Positions 7,623-17,064 of a stretch of 41,975 nt of DNA are shown here, piece after piece. The translations under genes and the position numbers were made by a program. Under the pieces are notes generated by a model. That model searched no databases. It saw nothing but the letters and a program-made list of their open reading frames with translations, and was not told the DNA's origin. Origin of the DNA: an uncultured Clostridia bacterium (GTDB lineage: Bacteria; Bacillota; Clostridia; Lachnospirales; Lachnospiraceae); contig CAMJIC010000001.1 in assembly GCA_946405675.1 (NCBI GenBank), forward strand, positions 1-41,975, read 5' to 3'. Position 1 is the first letter of the stretch, and every line of letters starts with the position of its first letter.

Positions 7623-9086
7623 CTATGCTTCGGGTCCGGTCAGCAATGCGCTGTTGATGCCGCGCATCGTGACCACAGGTCCGCCTGTATGCTCAATGTA
7701 TTCCCGCGTGATGAGCACCTTTCCGATATTGTCGTCTTTGGGGATCTCATACATGATATCCAGCATAAACTCTTCGATAACTGACCGAAGCGCCCTCGCG
7801 CCGGTATCACGGGAAAGAGCCTGATCCGCGATCGCCTCCAGGGATCCGTCATCAAACTCCAGCCTGACCTCATCCAGCTCCAGAAGCTTCTGATACTGTT
7901 TCAGAATCGCATTCTTAGGTTCCTTCAGGATCCGTACCAGCATATCACGGTCAAGCTTCCTAAGCGCAAATACCATGGGAAGCCTTCCGATGAATTCCGG
8001 GATCATCCCGTAATCTCTCAGATCCTGGGTTGTCACCTTTGTCAGGATGTCAGGGTCATCGTCATAAAAATCCTTCAGCCTGGATTCAAACCCCATGGCG
8101 GAAGAACTGGTAAGCCTGGTCTTGATAATATCCTCGATCCCCGGAAAAGCCCCTCCGCAGATGAACAGAATATTTTTTGTGTTGATTGTGGTCATCGGCA
8201 CCATCGCATTCTTGCTGGTGGCACCCACCGGAACCTCCACATCGGAACCTTCCAGAAGCTTCAAAAGCCCCTGCTGCACGGACTCTCCGCTGACATCTCT
8301 TTGATTGGTATTCTGCTTCTTGGCCAGCTTATCGATCTCGTCAATGAAGACAATTCCGTTCTGCGCCTTCTCAACATCGTTATCCGCCGCGGACAAAAGT
8401 TTGCTCAGAACGCTCTCCACATCATCTCCGATATATCCCGCCTCTGTCAGCGCTGTCGCATCCGCGAGCGCAAGGGGAACATCCAGAAGCCTGGAGAGTG
8501 TTTTCACAAGATATGTCTTGCCGCTTCCTGTCGGGCCGATCATCAGCATGTTTGACTTCTCGATCTCGATGTCTTCAAATGAGTTGGTATCGGTCTTCAC
8601 GCGCTTATAGTGGTTATAGACTGCCACTGAGATCACTTTCTTCGCGTATTCCTGGCCGATCACATAGTCATCGAGCGCTGCCTTGATCTTGTGCGGTGCA
8701 GGGAGCGAGCGGATATCAAACACAGCTTTTTGCGCCTTCTTCTCTTCTTTGGCTGCTTCAGGCTTCTTCACCCCTTTCGGGGGTTTCATCTGCTCTCTGA
8801 TGTAATCAAGGTTGATCATTCCCATGTCGGGAAAGTTCTTCATCCCCGTAAAATTCTGCAGATTCAGCATATTCCGGATCTGAGGATCATTCATTGCGTC
8901 AAATGATTTCTGCATGCAGTCCTGGCACACTGTGATCTGGCCCGGAAGGCTGATCATTTTTCCGGCCTGGCTCTCTGAACGGCGGCACATGAAGCAAATT
9001 TTCTCATATTTGTCATCCTTGTGCTCTGAACCGTCGCTGCCGGGTCTGTTTTCATTCTTTTCTTCGGATTTTGTAATATCGTCCAT
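7623..9086 (-). CDS. clpX: ATP-dependent Clp protease ATP-binding subunit ClpX
   Basis: C4 zinc-binding domain (CFMC...CQDC), AVYNHYKR, Walker A GPTGSGKT, TEAGYIGDDVE, FIDEIDK, RDVSGESVQQ, TGARALR. Start moved from the track's 9125 to ATG 9086, which has a GGAG RBS. Confidence 0.93.
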   Translation of the reverse strand: MDDITKSEEKNENRPGSDGSEHKDDKYEKICFMCRRSESQAGKMISLPGQITVCQDCMQKSFDAMNDPQIRNMLNLQNFTGMKNFPDMGMINLDYIREQMKPPKGVKKPEAAKEEKKAQKAVFDIRSLPAPHKIKAALDDYVIGQEYAKKVISVAVYNHYKRVKTDTNSFEDIEIEKSNMLMIGPTGSGKTYLVKTLSRLLDVPLALADATALTEAGYIGDDVESVLSKLLSAADNDVEKAQNGIVFIDEIDKLAKKQNTNQRDVSGESVQQGLLKLLEGSDVEVPVGATSKNAMVPMTTINTKNILFICGGAFPGIEDIIKTRLTSSSAMGFESRLKDFYDDDPDILTKVTTQDLRDYGMIPEFIGRLPMVFALRKLDRDMLVRILKEPKNAILKQYQKLLELDEVRLEFDDGSLEAIADQALSRDTGARALRSVIEEFMLDIMYEIPKDDNIGKVLITREYIEHTGGPVVTMRGINSALLTGPEA

Positions 9087-9168
9087 CCAATTTCTCCATA
9101 CCGCTGCCGCAACGCGGCAAATCATTGAAGGCCTGCATCGGCCATGTTATTGCAACGACAGATCCTTA

Positions 9169-11826
9169 TCATTGCAGCGTCACGGTGACAGCTGCCTGGT
9201 TTTCCTCCCTGTAAATGCCCTCTTCATCCGGCCTCAGGAATGAGACGCTGACCTTGTCTCCGGCGCGGAAACCCGAAAGAGCATCCTTCAGCTGGACCAC
9301 AGACGCTACCGGTGTCTCATTGATCTTTGTAATCAGATCCCCGGCTGCAAGGCCTGCCGCCTGAGCGCCGGATCCATTCATCACCTCTGCCACGACAACG
9401 CCGGCAGGGATACGGTAAATGATCTGATCTTCCTTGGAAAACTCGCCCACCTGGACTCCCAGCTGGCCATGGGATGGAGCAGCGTCCAGTCCCTCTGTCT
9501 GAAGCTGGCCTGGCTTCTGTGCCTGGCCTTCTGTCTGAGCCTGCCCCTCTTTCGGATGCCCATCTTCTGTCTGAGACTGCTCCCCGGCCTGCGGCTCAGC
9601 AGGGCTCAGCGCGGCATCGGACTGGGCCTGATCAGATGCAGACGTCTCACTCTCCTCCTGCGCCAGTGCCAGAGCCAGTGTTTCTCTCTGCTCCTTCTCT
9701 GTCTCCCTCTGTCCCTTCTCTGTTTCCTTTTGCTCCCTGTCTTCCTTTGTCCCGGCGGAATCCTCCTTCGCGCCATCAGACAAAGTTTCGCTGCCCTCCA
9801 CCATCCTGCTGATGACTCCCTTTGCGTCATTGATCGGGAATGCGTATCCCATGCCCTCACTCGCATGTTCAGTCACCTTTCCTGCGTTGATCCCGATCAC
9901 CTCACCATCCTCGTTCAGGAGGGCACCGCCATAATTCCCGTAATTGATCGATGCATCTGTCTGGATAAAGGAATGGACACCCGATCCATATCGCATGGGA
10001 CGGTTGACTGCGGAAATGATACCCTGGGTGACGGACAGTCCTCTTCCCATCGCATTTCCGATCGCGATGGCACGCTCGCCGACCCGCAGGCTGTCCGAAT
10101 CTCCCAGTGCCGCCTCCCCGACCAGGGATTGCACAGTTTCATGGATCTCATCCAGCGGAACCTTGATCACTGCCAGCATGCTGTCCTTGTCGATTCCAAG
10201 CAGACTGGCCGGGGCAAAGGTATCATCGTCAGCCAGCTCCTTCGTCTGATCCTTTTCCACGCAGAAGCCAACCGTGATCTCCTGCGCATCGTTCACGATG
10301 CTTGCATCGGTCACGATATACAGATGATCTGCGTCCCTGCGGACAATGATGCCGCTTCCCGCATCCGTCTGACGGATCTGCTGCTGTCCATAGAAGAAAT
10401 CAAGAACCGTCTGGACGCTGGAGCAGGTGACGGATACAACACTGGGCATAGCCTTCTCAACCATGTCAGATACATCGAGGGAAGCACTGACGGTGATACC
10501 GCCTGCCTTAAACGGAGGGAGATGCAATTCGGTCTCCATATCCGTCTGTGCCTGCGGTTCGGTCTCCGCCTGGGCTTTCAGGCTGGCCGAAGCCTTTGTT
10601 TCCGCCTGGGTCTTCTGCTCCGTTCCTGGCTTTGTTTCCGTCCTCGCCTTCCGCTCCGTTTCCGGCTTTGTTTCCGTCTTCGCCTTCTGCTCCGTTTCCG
10701 GCTTTGTTTCCGTCTTCGGCTTCTGCTCCGTTTCCGGCTTTGTTTCCGTCTTTGCCTTCCGCTCCGTTTCCGACTTTGTTTCCGCCTGGGCTTTCAGGCT
10801 CGCCTGGGCCTGCGTCTCCTCCTGCGGCTGATCTGTCTTCTGTGTCATCCCCTGAGACGTTTCTTGTTCCCCTGATTTTGACTGAGCTTCCGTTTTAGCT
10901 GCATTCTCTGTCTGTGCCTTTGAATTTGCCTTATTCTCCGGATCACCTGTCTGCGCCTTAGCACCGGCGGATGACTGTGATTCAGACTCCTGGCGGGCAA
11001 CCGCAAGACGCGTCTCCGTCTCTGTCGGCTCCTTCCCATCCCATTCCTTCCGGGAAGGCAGCGATCCCGGTTTGATTGCGTAGACAAATGCAGCGACCGC
11101 AACGATACTGACTGCAGCGGTCAGCAGCATCGCGGGCAGCTTTTTCTTCGGCTTATCAAGCCGCTCACCCGTCTGTGTATCATACTTCGGCTCATCATCT
11201 TCAAAATCATGTCTGCCCCCGCCAAAAGCGTTCATTCCGCCTGTGTCCGGAGGAACAGAAGCACCCGGTTCCGGTGGGCTGCTCTGTGTGGAGCCGGCAC
11301 TCTGGCCGCTCATTCCAGGATCCTGCCCGAAAGGAATCGCGTTGTTCGTTCCGGATGCTTCCTGACCCGGCGCTGCAGCGTTCCATCCCTGCTCCTGCCC
11401 GGAGGGAATCGCGTTGTTCGTTCCGGATGCTTCCTGACCCGGCGCTGCAGCGTTCCATCCCTGCTCCTGTCCGGAGGGAATCGCGTTGTTCGTTTCGTTT
11501 CCTCCGGCAGGCTGGACTTCTCCGTTCATATCACCTGCCGGTGCGCCCGCTGCAGTCTCATGAACGTCCTGCGGTCCTTCTGCGGATCTTTGATCCGGCA
11601 TGGCAAAGCTCCCGGATCCATTTGTACCCTGACCGCCCGGCACCGCCCTGGCCGGATCTTCAGATGCTGCCAGGGCCGGATCTTCACCAGCCGCAGGCAG
11701 ACTGTCCGCATCCCTGGGCACGCCATAGCCGGCCTCCCCGGATCCGGCAAATTCATCCGGATCGGCATTTAAAATCTGTTTATCAAACGGATTCCACTTT
11801 GCCATCGTTCCTTCCCCCTCACTCAT
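9169..11826 (-). CDS. Membrane-anchored HtrA/DegP-like trypsin + PDZ protein with the catalytic triad substituted
   Basis: GSGIIV, LGDSDSLRVGERAIAIGNAMG, VTQGIISA, IQTDASINYGNYGGALLN, GMGYAFPIN, C-terminal PDZ, one TM helix, long repetitive regions. Alternative start at 11805. Confidence 0.88.
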   Translation of the reverse strand: MSEGEGTMAKWNPFDKQILNADPDEFAGSGEAGYGVPRDADSLPAAGEDPALAASEDPARAVPGGQGTNGSGSFAMPDQRSAEGPQDVHETAAGAPAGDMNGEVQPAGGNETNNAIPSGQEQGWNAAAPGQEASGTNNAIPSGQEQGWNAAAPGQEASGTNNAIPFGQDPGMSGQSAGSTQSSPPEPGASVPPDTGGMNAFGGGRHDFEDDEPKYDTQTGERLDKPKKKLPAMLLTAAVSIVAVAAFVYAIKPGSLPSRKEWDGKEPTETETRLAVARQESESQSSAGAKAQTGDPENKANSKAQTENAAKTEAQSKSGEQETSQGMTQKTDQPQEETQAQASLKAQAETKSETERKAKTETKPETEQKPKTETKPETEQKAKTETKPETERKARTETKPGTEQKTQAETKASASLKAQAETEPQAQTDMETELHLPPFKAGGITVSASLDVSDMVEKAMPSVVSVTCSSVQTVLDFFYGQQQIRQTDAGSGIIVRRDADHLYIVTDASIVNDAQEITVGFCVEKDQTKELADDDTFAPASLLGIDKDSMLAVIKVPLDEIHETVQSLVGEAALGDSDSLRVGERAIAIGNAMGRGLSVTQGIISAVNRPMRYGSGVHSFIQTDASINYGNYGGALLNEDGEVIGINAGKVTEHASEGMGYAFPINDAKGVISRMVEGSETLSDGAKEDSAGTKEDREQKETEKGQRETEKEQRETLALALAQEESETSASDQAQSDAALSPAEPQAGEQSQTEDGHPKEGQAQTEGQAQKPGQLQTEGLDAAPSHGQLGVQVGEFSKEDQIIYRIPAGVVVAEVMNGSGAQAAGLAAGDLITKINETPVASVVQLKDALSGFRAGDKVSVSFLRPDEEGIYREENQAAVTVTLQ
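10597..10802. repeat. Intragenic 36-bp tandem repeat, about 5 copies
   Basis: Encodes KAKTETKPETE(Q/R)-like 12-aa units. Confidence 0.9.
11321..11493. repeat. Intragenic 72-bp tandem repeat, about 2.4 copies
   Basis: Encodes TNNAIPSGQEQGWNAAAPGQEASG; anchor GGAATCGC at 11333, 11405 and 11477. Confidence 0.92.
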
Positions 11827-12787
11827 TCTTCTCCCAGAACTGCCGGTTGTCCGTCAGCTTCAGGATCATGCGCCCCGGAAGGCGCCGATAGTTTTTGCCA
11901 AGACGATATCCGATATATTTGAATACGCTGTCCGTCAGAAAAGGTCCCAATTCCCCTGCATGTCCGGAACGGATCAGATAAGCGGCGCATTGCTTCACCA
12001 TCCTGATTCCCTCTCCCTCCGAGGGATACCGGGCGAACAGCTCCGGATGCTGTGCCTGGGACACGCCAAGGTCAAAGTTCCGCTTCATCTGACGAACCGG
12101 GCTGTAACTGTGTGAATGCCACACCGGGGCATCTGCAGCGTACGCGATCTTCCATCCGTTTTCGACAAGTTTTCCGGCAAGGACCATATCCTCATTGAAA
12201 ATCGCCGGATATTCAAAGCCTCCCATTGCGAAGTAAACATCCCTCCGCCACATAGCGCATACATCGGAACAGAAAAACGTTTTGACCCCCATCCGGCCCA
12301 GGTCTTCCTTCGATTTCACAAAGGAAGTGTCCGGATAATTAAATCTGCGGGTAAAATGCTCACGTGCACTGCTGCCCTTTCGCGCGAGCTGCCTGCCATA
12401 AGCCGCTGCAACCTTTGGATCGTCGAAGCATCCTGCCAGATGCTCGATCATCCTCGATGTGGCAGGAACCGCATCCTGCGTCATGCACAGAACCAGCTCT
12501 GTGTCCGAAAACAAAAAGCCCAGATGCCTCGTTCTGCCATGATCAAATTCTTTTTTATCCACATGAAAGACTGACAGAACCTCAAACCTCTTCTGCCAGG
12601 CATCGATCATACTGGAAGGGATGCCGGTATCGGATCCCTTCACCGTGTTCATGATCAGCACCCGCCTGGGCAGAAGCGTCTGCCGGCTGAGCCGATCCAA
12701 AAGCGCTTCAAACCGTTCATCCGGCCTGAAGGTCGGAATCAGAACCGTCACCTGATCCATATGTCTTCCGTTTCCGGCTTCTGTCAT
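11819..12787 (-). CDS. GT2 glycosyltransferase (rhamnosyltransferase-like)
   Basis: VTVLIPT, FDHGRTR, MTQDAVP, AAYGRQL, FNEDM, VWHSH. ATG 12787 has an AAAGGAG RBS (track start is 12793). Confidence 0.88.
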   Translation of the reverse strand: MTEAGNGRHMDQVTVLIPTFRPDERFEALLDRLSRQTLLPRRVLIMNTVKGSDTGIPSSMIDAWQKRFEVLSVFHVDKKEFDHGRTRHLGFLFSDTELVLCMTQDAVPATSRMIEHLAGCFDDPKVAAAYGRQLARKGSSAREHFTRRFNYPDTSFVKSKEDLGRMGVKTFFCSDVCAMWRRDVYFAMGGFEYPAIFNEDMVLAGKLVENGWKIAYAADAPVWHSHSYSPVRQMKRNFDLGVSQAQHPELFARYPSEGEGIRMVKQCAAYLIRSGHAGELGPFLTDSVFKYIGYRLGKNYRRLPGRMILKLTDNRQFWEKNE

Positions 12788-12905
12788 AGCCACTCCTTTT
12801 GCCCTTCTTCCCGGCCAGGGATGCAGGGGAAAACCGCCTGCGGCGGCACGCTCCTTCGGAGCTGGCCGTATCCGGTCCGTCTCCGCCTGATGCTGAGACG
12901 TACCT

Positions 12906-14534
12906 TCAATAGATCCCTGTGGTGTTCGCTATCTCATTGGAGATCGCCTGCACGGTCTCGGATGGCGTATACCCATTCTGCTGATACAGGTACGCATGCA
13001 GCTCGGATACATTCTGTGCCAGATTGACCGGTACGACGCAATCTCCTGCCGCAATGTTCGCTGCCTGGAGCTCAAACGGGAAGCCCACCGAATCCATCAG
13101 CGTCCCCTGTGTAAAGGAGGTAGCCAGGCTCAGAAGGTCTGCGCTGGAAAAGCTTGTCGCGATATAAGGAAGCATCGCGTCCACCAGCTGAGCCAGCTTG
13201 ACCGGCCCCTGGCTCTTCGCCTGCGCAAAGATCTGGGAAAGCACCGTTCTTTGCCTCTCGGTTCGGCGGTAATCGGAACCTGCCGTATACCGGATTCTGC
13301 AGTAGGCAAGTGCCTGGATCCCGTTGAGATGCTGATAGCCCGCAGATTCCACAGGCGTGATCTGGGCACCCGTCACCTGCGCGTTTTCCGTCTGATATCC
13401 ATTGATATAGGGAAGCTCCTCCTCCGTCACTTCCACATCCACGCCGCCGATCAGATCCACCGCTTTTACAACCGCGTTGAAGTCAACCGTAACGTAATCA
13501 TGCAGATCCAGGTCCAGGTTCTTGTTCAGCATGTTCACCGACCTGGACGGACCGCCGAAATAATAGCATTCCGTCGCCTTGCGGTACTCCCCGTTGGTGT
13601 TGTCCAGGTACGTATCACGGTAAACACTGACCAGGCGGATCTCTTTCGTACTCTCATTCATGCTGCACAGGATGATCGTGTCAGAATGCGCTTCCTTCGT
13701 CAGGTTTCCTTCCCTGGAATCTACGCCATAGATCACGAATTCCCGGTACCCCGTATGGCCTGTCACTCCTGCATTCGTCACGATATCCGTCAGGGATACA
13801 TGCCGCAGCCGGGAAAATCTCCAGATAGCGATCAGTACTGCAGCGGCAATCAGAAGAAGGATCAGCTTGACAAAAAAACCGGTCTTGCTTTTCTTCCTGA
13901 CAGCGCTGCGGCTGCCTGAAGTCGGGACTGCCGGCGTGCCATCATAGCCGCCTGTCCCTGTCTGATTGTACCCTGGCTCCCTGCCCGGGCCTCCATACCC
14001 GCCGCTGCGGCCGGGCCCGCCATACCTGCCGGCATCCGGATTACCGCCATAGCCGCCGTCTCCAGGCGCACTGCCATACCGGCCGTTATCCGGGTAGCCG
14101 CCATATGGGTCATTGCCTGGCCCTTGGGCATAGCCGCCCTCATCCGGGTAGCCGCCATAGCCGCCTCCGGGCGCGCTGCCATACCGGCCGTCATCCGGAT
14201 AGCTGCCATACCGGCCATCGTTTGGATCACCCGCATATCCGTCGCTCCGGCCATCCGCGCCATAGGGACTGCCCCCCTCATACGGACCGCCTGATCCGTA
14301 CATACCGTTATCCTGGTACCTGTCCGCGCCCTGATAAGGGTCCGGCGGATAATACCCCTCCGGCCGTCCATAGGATGCCTGCCTGGAATAACTGTCCCGG
14401 ACACCGAACCCGTCTCCGGGAACCTCCCCCGGCATCTGCGGCGCAGCGCCTCCCTTCTCCTCATCCAGCCAGGGCTCCTCGATCCTGGAATACCTGCTGG
14501 ATGGATTCTCCTTTTCTTTTCTGTGAAAGGCCAT
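12906..14534 (-). CDS. LytR-CpsA-Psr (LCP) family protein with a long Gly/Tyr/Pro/Asp-rich N-terminus
   Basis: GVDSR, SDTIIL, SVYRDTY, LNGIQALAYCRIRY, DYRRTERQR; single TM helix after a basic patch. Confidence 0.92.
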   Translation of the reverse strand: MAFHRKEKENPSSRYSRIEEPWLDEEKGGAAPQMPGEVPGDGFGVRDSYSRQASYGRPEGYYPPDPYQGADRYQDNGMYGSGGPYEGGSPYGADGRSDGYAGDPNDGRYGSYPDDGRYGSAPGGGYGGYPDEGGYAQGPGNDPYGGYPDNGRYGSAPGDGGYGGNPDAGRYGGPGRSGGYGGPGREPGYNQTGTGGYDGTPAVPTSGSRSAVRKKSKTGFFVKLILLLIAAAVLIAIWRFSRLRHVSLTDIVTNAGVTGHTGYREFVIYGVDSREGNLTKEAHSDTIILCSMNESTKEIRLVSVYRDTYLDNTNGEYRKATECYYFGGPSRSVNMLNKNLDLDLHDYVTVDFNAVVKAVDLIGGVDVEVTEEELPYINGYQTENAQVTGAQITPVESAGYQHLNGIQALAYCRIRYTAGSDYRRTERQRTVLSQIFAQAKSQGPVKLAQLVDAMLPYIATSFSSADLLSLATSFTQGTLMDSVGFPFELQAANIAAGDCVVPVNLAQNVSELHAYLYQQNGYTPSETVQAISNEIANTTGIY

Positions 14535-14566
14535 CTTTCCCTCTTCCGCCTGACACTGACACCCTT

Positions 14567-15967
14567 TTAATATGCGTTGCGGTTGATAAAACCTTTGAAT
14601 ACAGTCAGTATCAGGATCTTAATGTCAAATGCAATTGACCAGTGCTCAATATAATAGATATCATATTCGATCCGTTTCCGGATCGACGTATTCCCCCGGT
14701 AACCGTTCACCTGCGCCCATCCGGTCATGCCAGGCCTGACCTGATGCTTGACCATGTAACGCGGAATCTCCTCCCGGAACTTCTCCACATACTGTGGCCG
14801 CTCCGGGCGCGGCCCGATCATGCTCATATCTCCCTTCAGCACATTGAACAGCTGGGGGAGTTCATCGATCGAAGTCTTCCGGATCACCTTCCCAACTTTC
14901 GTGACACGGGGATCATTCTTCGTCGTCCATCCCTTCTGTTCCTCGTGATCGGACTGGACCTTCATCGACCGGAACTTATACATGCGGAACGGCCTGTTAT
15001 GCAGACCCACCCGCTCCTGCCCGAAGATCAAAGGACCCGGGCTGCTTTTCTTGATCGCGATCGCCGTGACCAGCATGACCGGAGAAAACAGGATAATCGC
15101 AAGAACCGATCCGATGATATCCATCAGCCGCTTCATCAGAGCATTGAAGGTATCGGACAGCGGCACATACCGGATGTTGATGACAGGAAGCCCCAACAGA
15201 TCCTCCGTATATGGGCGGGACGGGATGATATCCGTATAGTCAGGAACAAACTGGGTATGCACGCCGCTCTTCTCACAGGCAGCGACGATCGCCTTCAGCT
15301 TGCTGTACTCACTCAGTCCCAGGGTAATTGCAATCTCATCCAGGTCATTTTGCGCAAGGATGCGGTCAATATCATACGTCGTACCGATCACGGGAACATT
15401 ATGGTAATGCCGTCCGATATCGGAATTGTCGTCCAGTATCCCGTCGATCTGGTATCCCCACTGGGGGTTCGCGAAGATCCTGTCGATATATCCGTCCGCC
15501 GCGCTGGAATACCCTACCAGAATCATATGCTTCAGGTTCATTCCCCGCGAGCGGATGTCCCGCAGCACGATCCGTATAAAGGTGCGTTCGCACAGGGTCA
15601 GGACGAAATTGATCATCGTGAACATGAAGATCAGGCCTCTCGAGAAATCACCCTCCTTCACCAGGAACAGGACGAAAATAAACCCGAGCAGTCCTACCAT
15701 GTTTGCCAGGAACAGGTTTCCCGCCTCCAGCATACGCCCTGATACCCGGCGCGGCTTATACAGATGGAAGGCATCATAGAGCAGCAGGTAGCCCGGAACC
15801 ACGAACAAAAGCGCCATCATATAGGTCTGCATGGGCAGCTTTCCGGCCTTCGGGTCCGCAAGAAACGAAAACTGGATCCACCATGCGATCAAATACGATG
15901 CTACGATGATCAGCGCGTCCAGCACCACCTGTATCCTGTTCAGATGCTTCTGATTATCCTTGATCAA
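14567..15967 (-). CDS. Undecaprenyl-phosphate hexose-1-phosphate transferase (WcaJ/CpsE-like priming enzyme)
   Basis: Four N-terminal TM helices, KRLMDI, YKFRSM, DPRVTKVG, SIDELPQLFNVLKGDMSMIGPRP, PGMTGWAQVNG. TTG start with AGAGG RBS. Confidence 0.93.
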   Translation of the reverse strand: MIKDNQKHLNRIQVVLDALIIVASYLIAWWIQFSFLADPKAGKLPMQTYMMALLFVVPGYLLLYDAFHLYKPRRVSGRMLEAGNLFLANMVGLLGFIFVLFLVKEGDFSRGLIFMFTMINFVLTLCERTFIRIVLRDIRSRGMNLKHMILVGYSSAADGYIDRIFANPQWGYQIDGILDDNSDIGRHYHNVPVIGTTYDIDRILAQNDLDEIAITLGLSEYSKLKAIVAACEKSGVHTQFVPDYTDIIPSRPYTEDLLGLPVINIRYVPLSDTFNALMKRLMDIIGSVLAIILFSPVMLVTAIAIKKSSPGPLIFGQERVGLHNRPFRMYKFRSMKVQSDHEEQKGWTTKNDPRVTKVGKVIRKTSIDELPQLFNVLKGDMSMIGPRPERPQYVEKFREEIPRYMVKHQVRPGMTGWAQVNGYRGNTSIRKRIEYDIYYIEHWSIAFDIKILILTVFKGFINRNAY

Positions 15968-16002
15968 AGTATTATTCCTCTGCCGTCATCGTTCCCGCGC
16001 CT

Positions 16003-16971
16003 TCAGGCCATCTGCACAAAAACGCCCAAAAGCATCCACAGCTGCAGCTTCAGATCCGTCCCCAGGCTCCTTACCGGCGCTTCTTCCATCCGCCGGGCAA
16101 GGCGAAGGCCTTCCCTTAAGCCGCCGGCATAAGCCCCTCCCAGTCCCTTTCGCTGAAAATAAGCCCATTTGATCAGGCACCCGGCCGCAAAAAAGGGCAG
16201 GTTAAGGACGATCTGCGCCGGCCTCATATTCTTTCTCACCAGGAAAATGCTGTTGCGTGCGGCCAGCCTGACCTTGAACGCATTGTGCCTGCTGCCGCTC
16301 GTCGCAGATCCTGCATGGTAAACGACCGCCTGCGGAAGATACCAGTTTTCGTAACCGGCCCGCATCGCCCGGTACCCAACGTCAATGTCCTCCAGGTAGG
16401 CGAAATGCCGCTCATCAAACAGGCCGATCTCGTCAAACACACTCCTTGCGTAGATCGCTGCCGCAGCGCAGCAGGCAAACACCTTGCCTGGACGGTCATA
16501 CCGGGACGAGGGCTTCCCTTTCCCCCTTGCAAATGCCCAGCCGAGCATATTGTAAAAATCCCCCGCATCATCAATCCTTGAGGGATCCGACATCTGCAGA
16601 AGCTTTGCGCAGCACGAAAAAGCATCCGGCCTGGAAGCGATCCCGCGGTGAAGATATCCCACCATCTCCGGGTCACATACCACATCATTGTTCAGCAGAA
16701 GGACATATTCCGACCTGCTGAGCCGGATCCCCGCATTGACTGCCTTGCAGAATCCTGTGTTCTGGCGGTATGCGCGGATCCTCACCTTCGGATAATGCGC
16801 ACGTACCCATGCCACGCTTCCGTCCGTGGAACCATTATCGATCATCAGGATCTCAAAGTCCTGATCCGTCTGCGCCGCAAGGCTGTCCAGGCAGCCCTTC
16901 AGGTACTGCATTCCATTGTAATTCGGAATGACAATCGTGATACTCTTCATGGATTTCATGTCTTGCGACAC
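16003..16971 (-). CDS. GT2 glycosyltransferase
   Basis: IVIPNYNG, IDNGSTDGS, NTGFCKAVNAG, LLNND, GLFDERHFAYLEDID. Confidence 0.92.
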   Translation of the reverse strand: MSQDMKSMKSITIVIPNYNGMQYLKGCLDSLAAQTDQDFEILMIDNGSTDGSVAWVRAHYPKVRIRAYRQNTGFCKAVNAGIRLSRSEYVLLLNNDVVCDPEMVGYLHRGIASRPDAFSCCAKLLQMSDPSRIDDAGDFYNMLGWAFARGKGKPSSRYDRPGKVFACCAAAAIYARSVFDEIGLFDERHFAYLEDIDVGYRAMRAGYENWYLPQAVVYHAGSATSGSRHNAFKVRLAARNSIFLVRKNMRPAQIVLNLPFFAAGCLIKWAYFQRKGLGGAYAGGLREGLRLARRMEEAPVRSLGTDLKLQLWMLLGVFVQMA

Positions 16972-17019
16972 CCTTTTATCGTTACAGGTTACACCTCGCA
17001 GGCTGCAGTATGGCTGGCT

Positions 17020-17051
17020 GTAACTGCTCAGAACCTGTTCTCAACAGTTAC
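17020..17051. repeat. 32-bp palindromic MITE derivative
   Basis: GTAACTGCTCAGAACCTGTTCTCAACAGTTAC. Confidence 0.8.
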
Positions 17052-17064
17052 AGCTGATCGCCTG

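Noticed and set aside
12850-12900. Small hairpins (GCTCCTTCGGAGC; CGTCTC...GAGACG) between the LCP and GT2 genes
   Set aside because: Short stems in GC-rich DNA with no U tract are not distinguishable from chance.
17012-17059. Target-site duplications around the short 32-bp palindromes
   Set aside because: Only 4/8 flank matches here and at the 2882 and 20092 copies, too weak to call.
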